Below the pieces are notes generated by a model that was given only the letters and a program-made list of their open reading frames with translations, did not search any database and was not told the origin of the DNA. 46,012 nt of DNA from Chiloscyllium plagiosum (Eukaryota): the NCBI RefSeq assembly GCF_004010195.1, contig NC_057757.1, positions 3,986,538-4,032,549 of the forward strand. The letters are read 5' to 3'. Numbering within the stretch: position 1 is the first letter of the stretch; each line of letters begins with the position of its first letter. A program made the translations under genes and the position numbers. Below, piece by piece: positions 12,050-24,600 of the stretch.

Positions 12050-13205
12050 AAGCTCCCTGCTCAAAACCTGCCTCTACACTGCCTCTCCCACCAAACACTC
12101 ACAGGACAGGGACAGCGCGGGGTTTGATACAGAATAAAGCTCCCTCTACACTGTACCTCAGGAAACAGTCTCAGGGCAGAGACAGCATAGGGTTATGATT
12201 TGGAGTTGCTGGTGTTGAACGGGCTGGACAAAGTTAAAAATCACACAACACGAGGTTATAGTCCACCAGGTTTATTTGGAAGCACTAGCTTTCGGGCATT
12301 GCCTCTTCATCAGGTGACCACAGGTTCCACAAAGGTTAGACACAGTGTAATATTCTCTCGACACTGTTCATCAGCAAAAACTCCCAGGATAGGGACAGCA
12401 CAGGGCTAGGTATAGAGTACAGCTCCTCTAAACTGTCTCCATCAAACACTCGCAGGACAGGGATAACACAGGATTAGATACAGAGTAAAGTTCCCTCTAC
12501 ACTGTCCCCATCAAACACTCCCAGGACAGGGTTAGGTACAGACTAAAGCTCCCTCTACACTGTCCCCATCAAACACTCTCAGGACAGGGTTAGATACAGA
12601 CTAGAGCTCCCTCTACACTGTCCCCATCAAATACTCTCAGGACGGTTAGGTACGGACTAAAGCTCCCTCTACACTGTCCCCATCAAACACTCCCAGGACA
12701 GGGTTAGGTACGGACTAAAGTTCCCTCTACACTGTCCCCATCAAACACTCTCAGGACAGGGTTAGGTATGGACTAATGCTCCCTCTACACTGTCCCCATC
12801 AAACACTCTCAGGACAGGGTTAGGTATGGACTAAAGCTCCCTCTAAACTGTCCCCATCAAACACTCCCAGGGCGATTAGGTATGGACTAAAGTTCCCTCT
12901 ACACTGTCCCCATCAAATACTCTCAGGACGGTTAGGTACGGACTCAAGTTCCCTCTACACTGTCCCCATCAAACATTCTCAGGACAGGGTTAGGTATGGA
13001 CTAATGCTCCCTCTACACTGTCCCCATCAAACATTCTCAGGACAGGGTTAGGTATGGACTAAAGCTCCCTCTACACTGTCCCCATCAAACACTCCCAGGA
13101 CAGGGTTAGGTACGGACTAAAGTTGCCTCTACAGTGTACCCATCAAACACTCCCAGGATAGGGACAGCATCGAGTTAGACACAGAGTGAAGCCCTCTCTA
13201 CACTT
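12050..13205 (+). repeat. Satellite of about 56-68 bp units; other arrays at about 17875-18010, 31975-32660 and 42712-42808
   Basis: Tandem ctccctctacactgtccccatcaaacactcccaggacagggttag units. Confidence 0.92.
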
Positions 13206-14251
13206 TTAAACTGCAAGTAAACTGAATGTAAAGCTTACTTTACTTTTTTAAACTGAAAATAAAGTTCCCTCTACCATTTTAAACTGGCAGCAAAGCTCTC
13301 TCTACACTGTCGAGAGTGTGTTTGGCTGGAAAAGCACGGCAGGTCAGACAGCATCCGAGGAGCAGGAGAATCGATGTTTCGGGCATAAGCCCTTCATCAG
13401 GAATGTCTCTCAAAACTGCCAGGACAGGGATAGCATAGTGATACATGCAGATAAAGCTCCTCTTCACAGAAGCACCTAATGGTTCCTGCACAGACAGAGG
13501 CCATTCACCCTGTCGGCTCTATACTGGCTTTCCTTAGGAGCAGGTCATTAAGTGACTCACCATCACCATCCCCCTGTAATCCTGCACTTCCTGCCTTTTG
13601 AGTAACACAATGCAATTCCCTCTTGGATAACTCAATTGACCCCAGTCCCACTGCACTCTCACGGAGGCAGAACAGGAATTTCCTGAGGTGAACAAAGATC
13701 AAACCAGGAAAGTAGAGAGAGATTCATATCAGCAAGACAGGTTGGGAAGCAGTGAGAGAGAAAGAGAGACAGAGAGAAAATGAACAGCCAGAAAAATACT
13801 TAGAGATGGAGAGAGTCAGACTGAGTGTTGAATTTTTTGTGGAGGTAAAAATGGCAATATGAAGTTTTAAAGAAATGTTGATAAGATGGATATTTAAATA
13901 GACTGATAGATCTACAAAAAAAAGACAAGACAAAGATATGAGGAAAACCTGTGTTAAGGTGTTGCCTCTCATTTTAAAAATGCTGATGTCTTCTCAGCAA
14001 TAGTGATACTTTTGAAGGTAGATGGGAGTAAAGGCACCACATGACTCATTAGAGAGAGATATAAAGCTTGCAGAAGTTTAACCTGGAGGTCACCACATCT
14101 CAGGTGAGGGGGGCAGTCGAGAAGGATTATCCTTCATGGTAACTCTATGGTAGTACGATATGCAGTAAACCCACTATACATCCAACTGAGCTAACTAAAC
14201 TGAACTATGCCCTAATCAGCAGCTGGATAGATAGACAGACAGAGGGATGGA

Positions 14252-14528
14252 TGCAAAAGCAGAAATTGCTGGAAAAGCTCAGCAGGTCTAGCAACATCTA
14301 TGGAGAGAAATCAGAGTTAATGTTTTGGGTTGAGTGACCCTTCCTCAGAAGTTTTAGGGTTAAGTTTAAGGTTAAGACTAAGGTTAGAGTTAATTCTGAG
14401 GAAGAGTCACTCAGTCCAAAAATATTATCTCCGATTTCTCTCCACAGATGCTTTCAGACCCACGGAGCTTTTCCAGCAAGTTCTGTTTTTATTTCTGATT
14501 TATAACATCTGCAGTTCTCTTGGTTATT
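14252..14528. mobile_element. Penelope-like family C palindromic element; related pieces at about 2825-3290, 4465-4560 and 38977-39121
   Basis: Inverted arms agaaattgctggaaaagctcagcaggtct..; degenerate ctgaggaagRgtcactc..core; the 38977-39121 copy has TSD ccaaKtgtctaggct. Confidence 0.65.
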
Positions 14529-14691
14529 AGATAGATGGTGGACAGAGAGATAGACAGACAGACAAAAATGCAGAAAGGTAGTTTGATAGATAGATAGGTA
14601 GATAGGTAGGATAATAGATAAATAGATAGATAGATAGATAGATAGTTGACTATGAAATGGAAGGAGGATGATTTCTCCTGTTCTATGTTAC

Positions 14692-14749
14692 CTTGAATTA
14701 ATAACAGCAAGAGACTGATTCCAGTCACACTGGAGAGCTTCATATTCAT
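14692..14749 (-). CDS. Signal-peptide exon of the V-type Ig-superfamily gene (MNMKLSSVTGISLLLLLIQ)
   Basis: Hydrophobic leader, phase-1 donor CAAG|GTAACA compatible with the V exon; upstream ttcttgcag acceptor (exon edge 14781) implies a 5' UTR exon. Confidence 0.8.
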
Positions 14750-16211
14750 CGCCAACCACAGGCTGCTCAACAATCTTGGGCCTGCAAGAAATTCACAATC
14801 AGCAGAGTCTTACATTGGAGAACCATCACCCGCAAGGAATCAGGCTGGAACTGAATCCTGTGCAGAAAGACCTCAACTCTGAACTGTGTTCCTATTCTCA
14901 GTATGACATGCATTAGCCCTGTCGGGGCATGCTGGGACAATTTTAATCTGACTCACTGTCTCTGCTGTCGCCATGGAGAACCATTTAACTTTTAACCTCT
15001 TTCAATTTCCTCTTTGATTCCAGGACAGATTGCACAAGGACAAAGCTTTATTATCTTGTCTTACACAATCTCTCCATGGAGTCTGCAATCCTCTTTCAAG
15101 CTCACCATCAATTTCTTTGCTGACATTGCTCCCAGTGCAACAATTTTAACCTCCAAATCTCCATGTGTACCAATGGTTCTGAGTTGGAGGTGGTTGAGAG
15201 TGTCAAGTTCGAAGGAGTAAATATCACCAATGATCTATCCTGTTCCATCCACACCAATGCTCCATTCCCTCACACTCACACACTTCTTCATTCCCTATTA
15301 GCTCTACATCCTGATTCTAGAGCCCAGACACATGGTCCCAATCCCATATCCCAATCCAAACCCCTTCATTGACCCAATCCATCACCCCCACCTGATACTT
15401 CAAAGCACAATCCTCCATCCAAATCTTATATTGCAACCTTCTATTCCAAATTCAAATTCCTCATGTAACTCCCAATCCTAAATCCCTGATGCTTTCAAGC
15501 CATCCATGTTTTCCAAATCAACAGTTGAAATTTAGATCCCAATCTTTAATCCAAACCTGGATCCAAATATAACATTGCAATGCTGTATTCCAAATTACAT
15601 TCCAAATCCCTCGCCTACATCCAAATTTCTAATCATGACCCATTACTGTTTTCCAATCCAACAGGACAAATGTACAAAAACAGATCCCTAACTTACATCA
15701 CAACTCTCCATTTGAATCCAAATTCATAACCCCTGGACCCTGACTTTAAATCCCAATCCAAAATCTGCAGTCCTAACCCCAACCCAATGTTGCCTCCCAA
15801 CAGGTGAAATTTACATCCCAATCTTCTATCCAAAATCTAGATTTTACATCCTGACTCCACAACTCAATTCTAGTTTGAAACTGTTGGGTTTCAATCCTGC
15901 ATCTCAAACCTGCATTTCAATTCTATGTTCCAAATCTGAATGCCAATCTTGTATCCCAAATGTTCAAACCGAACATTCTACCTTCGCTCTACATTTAGGA
16001 TCGACTTTATCGAAGCACCATACCCTTTTTCTGATATTTGACATTTAAATTGGGGAAGGGGTGATTTAAAATAATGTGTTTAAGCCATGATGCCTCTACA
16101 GTCAACCAACCTCTCAGCAGCCCATGTCGCAGTTAACCTAGGATTGGCGGAACCAACCTCCCAAAGTCTACAAAGGCTTCATGACTTCAGCAAAGGGTTG
16201 GAGACAAACTT

Positions 16212-16239
16212 CAGGAAGTGGAGTGGTGGACACTTCCTG
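16212..16239. promoter_or_regulatory. Inverted pair of ETS sites upstream of the Ig-V leader
   Basis: CAGGAAGTG-N10-CACTTCCTG, perfect 9-bp inverted repeat. Confidence 0.35.
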
Positions 16240-16242
16240 TCT

Positions 16243-16432
16243 GTGTATCAATGGTTCTGAGTTGGAGGTGGTTGAGAGTGTCAAGTTCCGAGGTGTAAAT
16301 ATCACCAACGATCTATCCTGTTCCATCCATACCAATGCTACAGCCAAGAAAGCCCACCAATGCCTCTAGAGGGCTAAGGAAATTTGGCATATCCACAATG
16401 ACTCTTACCAATCTTTGCAGATGCACCATAGC
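16243..16432 (+). mobile_element. Rex1/Babar-like LINE RT C-terminal fragment; partial duplicate at about 15163-15260
   Basis: INGSELEVVESVKFRGVNITNDLSCSIHTNATAKKAHQCL..LRKFGIS..LTNLCRCTI. Confidence 0.75.
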
Positions 16433-16749
16433 AGTTTTCCAAGATGGCGGCACAATGTAGGCAGTGATCGGACTCCTTGACCCGTCCTCTCCAGACCGGC
16501 CGCTTCCTTCCTTTCTTTCCTTACCCTTTCAGTCTTCCTTCTTTTCCATTTCTGCATCTTCTTCCTGTTGGCAGAGAAAGTAGCATTGCAGAGGAAGGCA
16601 GCTGGAGCAGGTCTCTTAGCAAGATGACAGCCTGGCCTGGCCTGGGAGCGGAGCCAGGAAGGTTATAGTAGGCCTGGAGTCTGGGTACCAGTTAGAAGTG
16701 ATGGCAGCGGAGTTGGGGCTTTTGGTTTTGGGCCGGGTGTGCAGCATTT

Positions 16750-18010
16750 GACTGTAAGTTCATGGCCAGGCAGCAAAGGTGACCCTGGGTGTGGTAGTCG
16801 GGTGGGGGTTTAAGGATAGCTGATTACTGACATCATCTGTCACTGATATTGCATTACCCAGTGAACCACTAACTGAGGCCACTATCAAGAAAGTCATTGA
16901 CCAACAGGGCTACAATATTGACCTCCCTCCCTTTGTTGACTTCCCCTTCAATGAGTAATCTCTGGGCCTTGACTGTTGATAGAGCAAAAGGGTACATTAC
17001 TGGCTGAAGCAGAGTGGCTTGGTTAGGAGTTAAAAAAACAGAACGCCACTCTAACCCACAGTGCGGGTAGTCAGGTCCGGACCAGCCCAGAGACTGGGTC
17101 CCTCCAAGAGCAGGCTGGGTCAGTTCCTGACCTGGCTGATTGCAGGTCAACACGACAGGGTGGTTACAAAACAGACAGAGGCCATTCAGCCCACTGAGCC
17201 TTCCCACTGTCAATGTGGAGCAACCAATGTTTAGCAGACTGCAAACATTCCACTGCCCATCGAGTCGCATTGCTCCCCACTCAGAACCCATCACCTCAGT
17301 CTCCAATATGGTCTACACATTACAGGAACAGGTCATTCAGCCCAACTCGGTCCCTGCTGGAATTGAGGTGAAGGCAGCTCGTCCCACATGCTCTCCTCAG
17401 AGGGAGGCCCAATGCGTGACGGAAAGAGCAGGAATCCTTCACAATTCCTCGGACAATGACTCTCCCTCGGTGGAGATGAGGGGAGGGGATTGTGAGGAGG
17501 TGGGTAATACAGATGGGAAGGGAGCAGCAGATGAAGGGCCTCAGTGTTGTTGGCGTGAGAGATCGAGAGATCGAGTGCAGTGAGCAATCAAAGGCCTGGC
17601 ACGTGGGTGAAGCCTCAGGCTAGTTGTTAGGATTCTGCTGCTTTTGGCAGCTCTCAGCCCAGGCTGCAGGCCAGAGAGTAACAAGCCAATCACAGTAGTT
17701 TCTTCGCCCATAGGCCAGACAGCCATGAAGAGAGACGCTGTGAGGGAAATGAGATGGGAACAAGACGACAGTCAGATCTCATCTTTTGCTGATACGTGCG
17801 ATTTGCAGATTAAAGTCCTATTCGACAGTGAACTGAGGGGAACGGGATCCCTGGACAGAGCCCAATAAGATGCTGCAGACAGCACGGGGTTAGATACAGA
17901 GTCAAGCTCCCTCTACACTATCCCCATCAAACACTCCCAGGACTGGGACAACACGGGGTTAGATACAGTGTAAAGCTCCTCTACACTGTCCCCATCAAAC
18001 ACTCCCAGGC
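16750..18010 (+). repeat. Segmental duplicate, copy A (copy B at about 30850-32100)
   Basis: About 1.1 kb of collinear similar sequence sharing the same junction into the satellite. Confidence 0.9.
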
Positions 18011-19190
18011 TGGGTCCACTGCTTTTCATTATTTATATAAATGATGTGGATGTTAACATAGGAGGTATAGTTAGTAACTTTGCAGATGACACCAAAATTG
18101 GAGGTGTCTGGACAGCAAATAAGGTTAGCTCAGAGTACAACAGGATCTTGAGCAGATGGGCCAATGGGCTGAAGTGTAGCAGATGGAGTTTAATTTAGAT
18201 AAATGTGAGGTGCTGCATTTTAGAAAATCAAATCATAATAGGACTTATATATTTAATGGTAAGCTCCTGGGGAGTGTTGAAAATGTGTTGCTGGTAAAGC
18301 ACAGCAGGTCAGGCAGCATCCAAAGAACAGGAGAATCGATGTTTCGGGCATAAGCCCTTCATCAGGGCTTATGCCCGAAACGTCGATTCTCCTGTTCCTT
18401 GGATGCTGCCTGATCTGCTGTGCTTTACCAGCAACACATTTTCAGCTCTGATCTCCAGCATCTGCAGACCTCACTTTCTCCTGGGGAGTGTTGCTGAACA
18501 AAGAGACCTTGGAGTGCAGGTTCACAGTTTTTTGAAATTAGAATTGTAAGTAGATTGGATAGTGAAGAAGGCATTTGGTATGCTTTCCTTTATTGGTCAG
18601 AGCATTGAGTATGGGAGTGACTGTACAGGGCATTGGTTAAGCCACTGTTGGAATATTGCGTGCATTTCTGGTCTCCGTCCTGTCAGAAGAGTGTTATGAA
18701 ACTTGAAATATTCAGAAAAGATATATAAGGATGCTGCCAGGTTTGGAGGATTTGAGCTATAGGGAGAGGCTGAATAGGCTGGGGCTGTTTTCCCTGGAGC
18801 TGACAATCGGAGACTGAGGGGTGACCTTATAGAGGTTTACAAAATCATGAGGGACAGGACAAATCAACAAGTTATTTTCCCTGGGGTAGGGGAGTCCAGA
18901 ACTAAATGGCATAGGTTTAGGGTGAGAGGGGAAAGATATAACAGGGACCTTAGGGGCAACGTTTGCACACAGAGGGTGGTACGTGTATGGAACGAGCTGC
19001 CAGAGGAAGTGGTGGAGGCTGGTACAATTGCAACATTTAAAAGGCATCTGGATAGGCATATGAATAGGAAGAGTTTAGAGGGATATGGGCCAAGTGCTGG
19101 CAAATGGGACGAGATTATGTTAGGATATCTGGTTGGCATGGACGAGTTGGACCGAAGGGTCTGTTTCCCTATGACTCTCTGACTCTATGA
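18010..19190 (+). mobile_element. CR1 LINE 3' portion
   Basis: [28 protein letters not shown] motifs; ctatgact tail. Confidence 0.9.
18280..18480. mobile_element. Penelope-derived palindromic mini-element, family A, inserted in CR1
   Basis: Inverted arms; TSD (ctc)ctggggagtgttg at 18264-18279 and 18478-18493. Confidence 0.8.
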
Positions 19191-19619
19191 CAGTGAGAGG
19201 TAAACATTATTGTGTTATATCTCAGTTCGTTTGGTGAAACCCACCATATCTTTCTGATCCTTATGGCTTGTTGCACATGGCAGAATAAAACTTGAAGCCT
19301 GGGAAGAATTTTCTTCGACACTCCCTGTTGTAGTTTTCGCCCAGGGGGGAGACTGGGAAAATAACTGAGCAAATCAGCTCTGACACTTCCGACAATATAC
19401 CAAAGATTCAAACACTTCAAATATAGTCAGTCATCCCAAGATCTTCACTTGTGTTCAGCACACAGTCATGGATCATTCACAGAAGCGCAGAACGGTTACA
19501 CCATGGAATGAGGCCATTTAGCTTGTTGGCCTATACTGACACTGAGGAGCAATTCACTAAGTGTCCTGTCATCACCTTCCCCCCGGTCGTCTTGCACAAT
19601 CTGCCTTCAGAGAAAATAA

Positions 19620-20105
19620 TCCAGATAGAGAGGGAGGGAGAAAGAGGGAGAGTGTGAGAGAGAAAGATAAACAGACATGGATAGAGATAGTTAGATAAAT
19701 AGATAGACACAGAGATAGACAGATAGATAGAGACATAGATATAGACATAGACAGATAGATAGAGACATAGATATAGACATAGACAGATAGACATAAACAG
19801 ATAGACACAGACAGATAGACAGACATAGACAGATAGTCGTAGACAGATAGATATAGACAGATTGACATAGTCAGATAGACATGGACAGATAGAGATAGAC
19901 AGATTGACATAGTCAGATAGACATGGACAGATAGACATAGACAGACAGAGATAGACAGATAGACATAGTCAGATAGACACAGACAGATAGACATAGACAG
20001 ATAGACATAGACAGATAGACATAGTCAGATAGAGATAGAGATAGATACAGACAGATAAAAATAGACAGACAGGTAAAGATAGACAGACCGTCAGACAGAT
20101 AGTTA
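19620..20105. repeat. GATA/GACA microsatellite; paralogous shorter tract at 14530-14645
   Basis: Direct inspection. Confidence 0.95.
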
Positions 20106-20151
20106 GTTGACTATGAAAGGAAGGAGGATGTTTTCTCCTATTCTACTTTAC

Positions 20152-20209
20152 CTTGAGTTAATAACAGCTAGAGGCAGATTCCAGTGACACTGGAGAGTTT
20201 CATGTCCAT
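20152..20209 (-). pseudogene. Duplicated leader exon with premature stop (MDMKLSSVTGICL*LLLTQ)
   Basis: Near-identical to 14692-14749 with flanks, retained donor (AAG|gtaaag) and acceptor; TTG>TAG at 20170-20168. Confidence 0.85.
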
Positions 20210-20779
20210 TGCTGGCCACAGGTTGCTCAATGACCTTGGGCCTACATGAAATTCACATGCAGCAGAACTCTGAACCCCTCCGAACATAGCAACGTAGAGA
20301 TGGCCTTTGTGTTCCTATCTCAGAGTGCCATGGCCTAGACATCTCTGTGTGGAAGAGGCAGGGATCCACACAAAATTCAGGTGTGCACATCGCCAAGAAA
20401 GCACAAGGAGGGAGGCGGAGGTCAGGTAAATTTGCACACCATTTCATTCCTTTATTTGTCATTCAACATACAAGAGAGATACATCAAGCTGTGGTTCAGA
20501 ATGGACTGTGCTGGTTTTCCCTGTAGCCCATGGATCATTGGTGGTTTTTCCTATGGGAATATGGCGTATCTGGGACCTATCCCATCACCCCCCATGACCT
20601 TCATTATATCCCCCTTCCTGCCTCCCCACCCACCCCCCCCCCCCCCTCCCCCCAGGGGTCCATTCATTCTGGATCCAGTCTGAGAGACCTGGCTTCCCAA
20701 GGATTCAGGATCGGTTTGATCCAACTGAACGGGGACCAAGGCTTAGGGAAATGGAATCCTTCATTGCCCGAACTTTAAT

Positions 20780-21450
20780 GACAACATTCAGGATACATGG
20801 CAAGCGATACTTGCACCATTGCCATAGCCAGGTCCCAACAAGGGAGAATCGAACCGTCTCCTTTTGATCTCGAGTATTTTCATCATTAAACCCTCTGCTA
20901 TGGTGTATCAGTGATGAGAACAAATGTGGTGATTCCATCTGAATACAATGGTTACAAGAGCAGGTCAGAAATTTCTGTGAGCACCTCACCTCCTGACTCC
21001 CCAAAGCCTGTCCCACCATTGACAAGGCACCAGTCAGGACTGTGAGGGAATACTCCCCACTTGCCCTGGATGGGTGCAGCTCCCATAACACTCAAGAAAC
21101 TCGATACCATCCAGGGAGAAAGCAGCCCCCACTTGATTAGCATCACATCCACAAACAATCCAGAAAACTCATTACATTGGAGAAGTATATGGGTGTGCGC
21201 TTGCGATGCTGTGGGGCCAAGTGCTGGATTTGTGCTTTGTCTGGCACAGCCTCAATGGGCCGAAGGGTCTTTTGCAGGGCTGTAGATCTGTATGGCTCTA
21301 GGTATCCACTCCTTCCACCACTGATGCTCAGTAGCAGCAGTGTCTACGTCTATAAGATGCACTCCAGCAATTCACCAAGGCTCCTTAGATCCACAAACTC
21401 ACAACCTCTACCACCTAGAAGGACAAGGGCAGCAGATACATGGTGGAAAA
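20780..21450 (+). mobile_element. Second LINE family (CR1/L2 group) 3' fragments; other copies at about 34980-35370 and 43530-43965
   Basis: Shared aagatgcact..caccaaggctccttaga..agaaggacaagggcagcagatacatgg sequence; FINDL and FADDCT RT motifs near 43555-43620. Confidence 0.7.
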
Positions 21451-22048
21451 GGGGTGGGGTGTAGGGAGTTAAAAGTGGGAGCTGGAGTTCAAGCTACGCC
21501 AGACCCTGAGGTGCAGGTTAGGGAAGGGGGTGGTGGAAGGGTTACCGAGGAGTGAAAAAGAGATGTGTTGGATTCTGGTGAGGGGTTTGCCGAGGGGAAG
21601 GAGGGACATTCACAGAATAGTTGAAACCTCTGGGCGGTGAACTGTGGGCTTGTAAAGCCCCTACCTTCTTCAGGAGCTGAGCCAAAATGGAAAGAGACTG
21701 GAAGAGGTCCAAGAGGGCATCATCTGACACGAGATGGTGCAACACAACCCACTCCATGCCCGCTTTTGCCCTCATTTTCATTGTTCCCCCCATTCCGGGG
21801 GTAGATGTGAGATTCCAGACCGAAAGGGGGAAGGGTGAAGATCCCAGACAATGACCTCATCCCCCGCCCCCTCCACCACCTGCTGCATTCTCGAAATCTC
21901 CACTGGATTCAGTCCTTCCCCCCCCCATTCCCCCCAAACAAAGCTCATGTCCTCTTCCCAGTCTCCACCACTGGTTGTTCGGAATCAATGAGTGACCGGA
22001 ATTAGATCGGAATTATGGAACTCTCTGGGTGTCACTTCCAATCCGGAG

Positions 22049-22218
22049 CTACAGGTTAGGAGTGGGGTCAACAGAGGTGTTGCACATCTCGATGTGGACG
22101 TGGGAGGTTATCCCCTTGTAAACACGTTGAACATTCAGCAGCCTCCCTAACCTCTGACCCTTTGTGATCGCTCCAGAATAACGATCAGGCTCAATATTGA
22201 AAATCTTCACACAGTAAC
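22049..22218 (-). CDS. LECT2: LECT2-like gene, exon 4 ([56 protein letters not shown])
   Basis: ctgactgcag acceptor, TAG at 22051-22049; SHVHIE (HxH) motif and DPT..L C-terminus typical of LECT2. Confidence 0.96.
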
Positions 22219-22767
22219 CTGCAGTCAGAGAGATTAGGAGACATTAACCGAGAGGATTCTGACAGGGTCAGTGCTGAGAGAATTACATTTGGAATATCAT
22301 GAGCAAATCTGGGCACCGTGCCTAAATGAAGGATATGTTGGCCTTGGAGGAGGTTCACAGGAATTATCTGGGGTCAAAGGGCTTGTCGTATGAGGAATGG
22401 TTGAGGAGTCTGGGTCTGTACCGATGGAGTTTAGAAGGATGGGGGTGGTAGGATCTAATTAAAGCTTACAGAATAATGAAAGGCCTACAGAGAGTGCATG
22501 TGGATAAGATGTTTCCACTAGTAGGAGAGACTAGGACAGAGTGAAAGGATGAACCAAGATGAAGAGGAATTGCTTCAGCCAGAGGATGGTGAATCTGTAG
22601 AACTCATTGCAACATAGGGCAGCAGATTTTAAGTCATTGAGTGTCTTTGATTTGGAGACAGATAGGTTCTTGATTAGTTAGAGGGATCAAGGGGATGGGG
22701 AAAATGAAGGAGAATTAGGTTGAGAAACATATTAGCTATTATCCAAGGGCCTAATTCTGCTCCTATA

Positions 22768-22970
22768 GTGTGTGTGTGTGTGCGTGTGCGCATGTTAGTG
22801 TGATTCTGTGCGTGTTTGTGTGTGTGTATGCGTTAGTTTGATTGTGCATCTATATGCGTGTTAGTGTGATTGTAAGTGTGCATGTTAGTATGATTGTGTG
22901 TGTGATTGAGCATCTGCATGTGTGTTAGCATGATTCTGTGTGTGTTTGTGCGTGTGTGTTAGTGTGATTG
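22768..22970. repeat. Degenerate TG microsatellite
   Basis: Direct inspection. Confidence 0.9.
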
Positions 22971-23487
22971 AATGCTATAACCCAGCAGCAAAGGTTTAGA
23001 CTGTCACAGAACATCTGGAAAAGCTGAAGTTTAAAGTGCTGAAGTGCTTTAAATAACACACAATGAATCAGATCTGAAAATGTGGACTGTTTATCAGTGG
23101 AATTTGGGATTGTCATAGAATTATCTTGTGTGTACATTTGATGAGAGACATAAAAGTGGTGAACAGAAAGCTCATAATAAAGCTCCTCAAGACTTTTGTT
23201 GCTTTGGGGGCAGTTCACTGATTTAATTCCAGAGATGAAGGGTCTGTTTTACAGGGAGCAATTGAGCAGTTTGGGCCAATACTCTGTGCAGTTCAGAAGA
23301 ATGAGAAGAGATCTAATTGTGGTCTATAAGATGCTAAAGAGGACAAACAAAGTCAATGTATAGAGGATGTTTCCCCATGCTGGGCAAGCTAGAATGAGAG
23401 CTTTAGGATAAAGGCGGCAGATGTAAAACTGAGATGGAAAGGGCGCGTCGTGAAGGACAGTCCACTCCCTCTCTCTCTGTGTCTCAC

Positions 23488-23633
23488 CTTGTCCCCGCAT
23501 CATCACTCCATTATCAATCGCATTGCCGTTATCATAGGGATTGACCCGTTTTATCAGTCTCCCAGTGAAAGGGGCATAGGTCGTCGAGTTATCATTACAC
23601 CGCACGTCAACCCCCAGGTGCCTGAGTTTGCCT
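23488..23633 (-). CDS. LECT2: LECT2-like gene, exon 3 (GKLRHLGVDVRCNDNSTTYAPFTGRLIKRVNPYDNGNAIDNGVMMRGQ)
   Basis: tatccag acceptor, AAG|gtgaga donor, 146 nt, phase 2 to 1; HxxxD zinc motif, YAPFTG and NAIDNGV are LECT2/M23 hallmarks. Confidence 0.96.
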
Positions 23634-24600
23634 CTGGATACAACAGAACACAGTTAGAATGCACCCCACCTCACCACCACCATCACCACCAACCTCCGCC
23701 CCCCCCCCCTCAGGTTGTGGTGACAATGTTCACTGAATGCATCTTACAGGATGGTGAGACGCCTGGATGGAATGGATGTGGAAAACATGTTTCTATTAGT
23801 AGGAGAGACCAGGACCTGAAAGCACAGCCTCAGAGAGAAGGCGGCAACCCTTTAGAACTGAGATGAGGAGGAATGTCTCGAACTAGAGGGTGGTGACTCT
23901 GTGGAGTTCATTGCTGCAGAGAGCTGTGGAGGCTGAGTCATTGAGTGCCTTTAATGGAGAGAGAGATAGGTTCTTGATTGGTAAGGGGGAGTCAAGGGTT
24001 ACAGGGAGAATGCGGTTGAGAAACCTATCAGCCAATGGCAGCCGATAGACTGAATGGCCAATTCTACCGACATATCTTAAGGTCCTATGGTCACTCAGAC
24101 TGACTCTTGAGTTTGAAGGGGCTTATCACATGAGGAAGAGATGGTCAGGCTGGGTCCGTATTCACTGGAGCTTAACAGAGTTGTTGCCCAACATCATCGG
24201 CATTTGGTGACCATCCCTAACTGCCCCTTGATAACATGGACTTGCTAGAGCCTGTTCGAGGAGGCTGTTTAGAATCAAGCCCATTGTTGAGGGTCTGGAG
24301 TCATGTCTCCATGGGTGGTCCCCATGCCGCTCCCTCAGCTATTCAAGATCGTTTTATCAAACGGATTTAGATTTTACCATCAGCCATGCTGAGATTCAAA
24401 CCCAGATGATTAGCTGAGGGGTTCAGCATTACAGGTCCAGCATGGATTGTCAGATTTTCCTTTGCAAACTGTATAAATTGTGTTTCCCTTTATGTTTTGG
24501 CATTCTTCCCAGTCTGTCCTGGTCTGATGTTTGTCAGATAGCATTTGGTCTGTTTCCACAGCAATATTTCAAGATTCTTTCTAAAACTTCCTTCACGCAG

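Larger units (their letters stand above)
22280..24090 (+). mobile_element. Several CR1 fragments in LECT2 introns (about 22280-22765, 23205-23440, 23780-24090)
   Basis: Degenerate RT C-terminal and 3' UTR motifs; the span also contains LECT2 exon 3. Confidence 0.7.

Noticed and set aside
12420-13170. CRISPR-like repeat array
   Set aside because: Tandem near-identical units without unique spacers, in a eukaryotic context; it is a satellite
13561-13682. Cryptic exon between the Ig leader and V exon with good splice sites
   Set aside because: Its 122 nt would shift the frame, and the sequence looks like an old CR1 tail; at most a poison exon
16850-17870. Endogenous retrovirus pol remnant (NQATLL, WFTG and LTAPDL resemble retroviral RT-connection/RNase H words)
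   Set aside because: Matches are short and lie in different frames; there is no YxDD, LTR or PBS, and stops are shared by both duplicate copies
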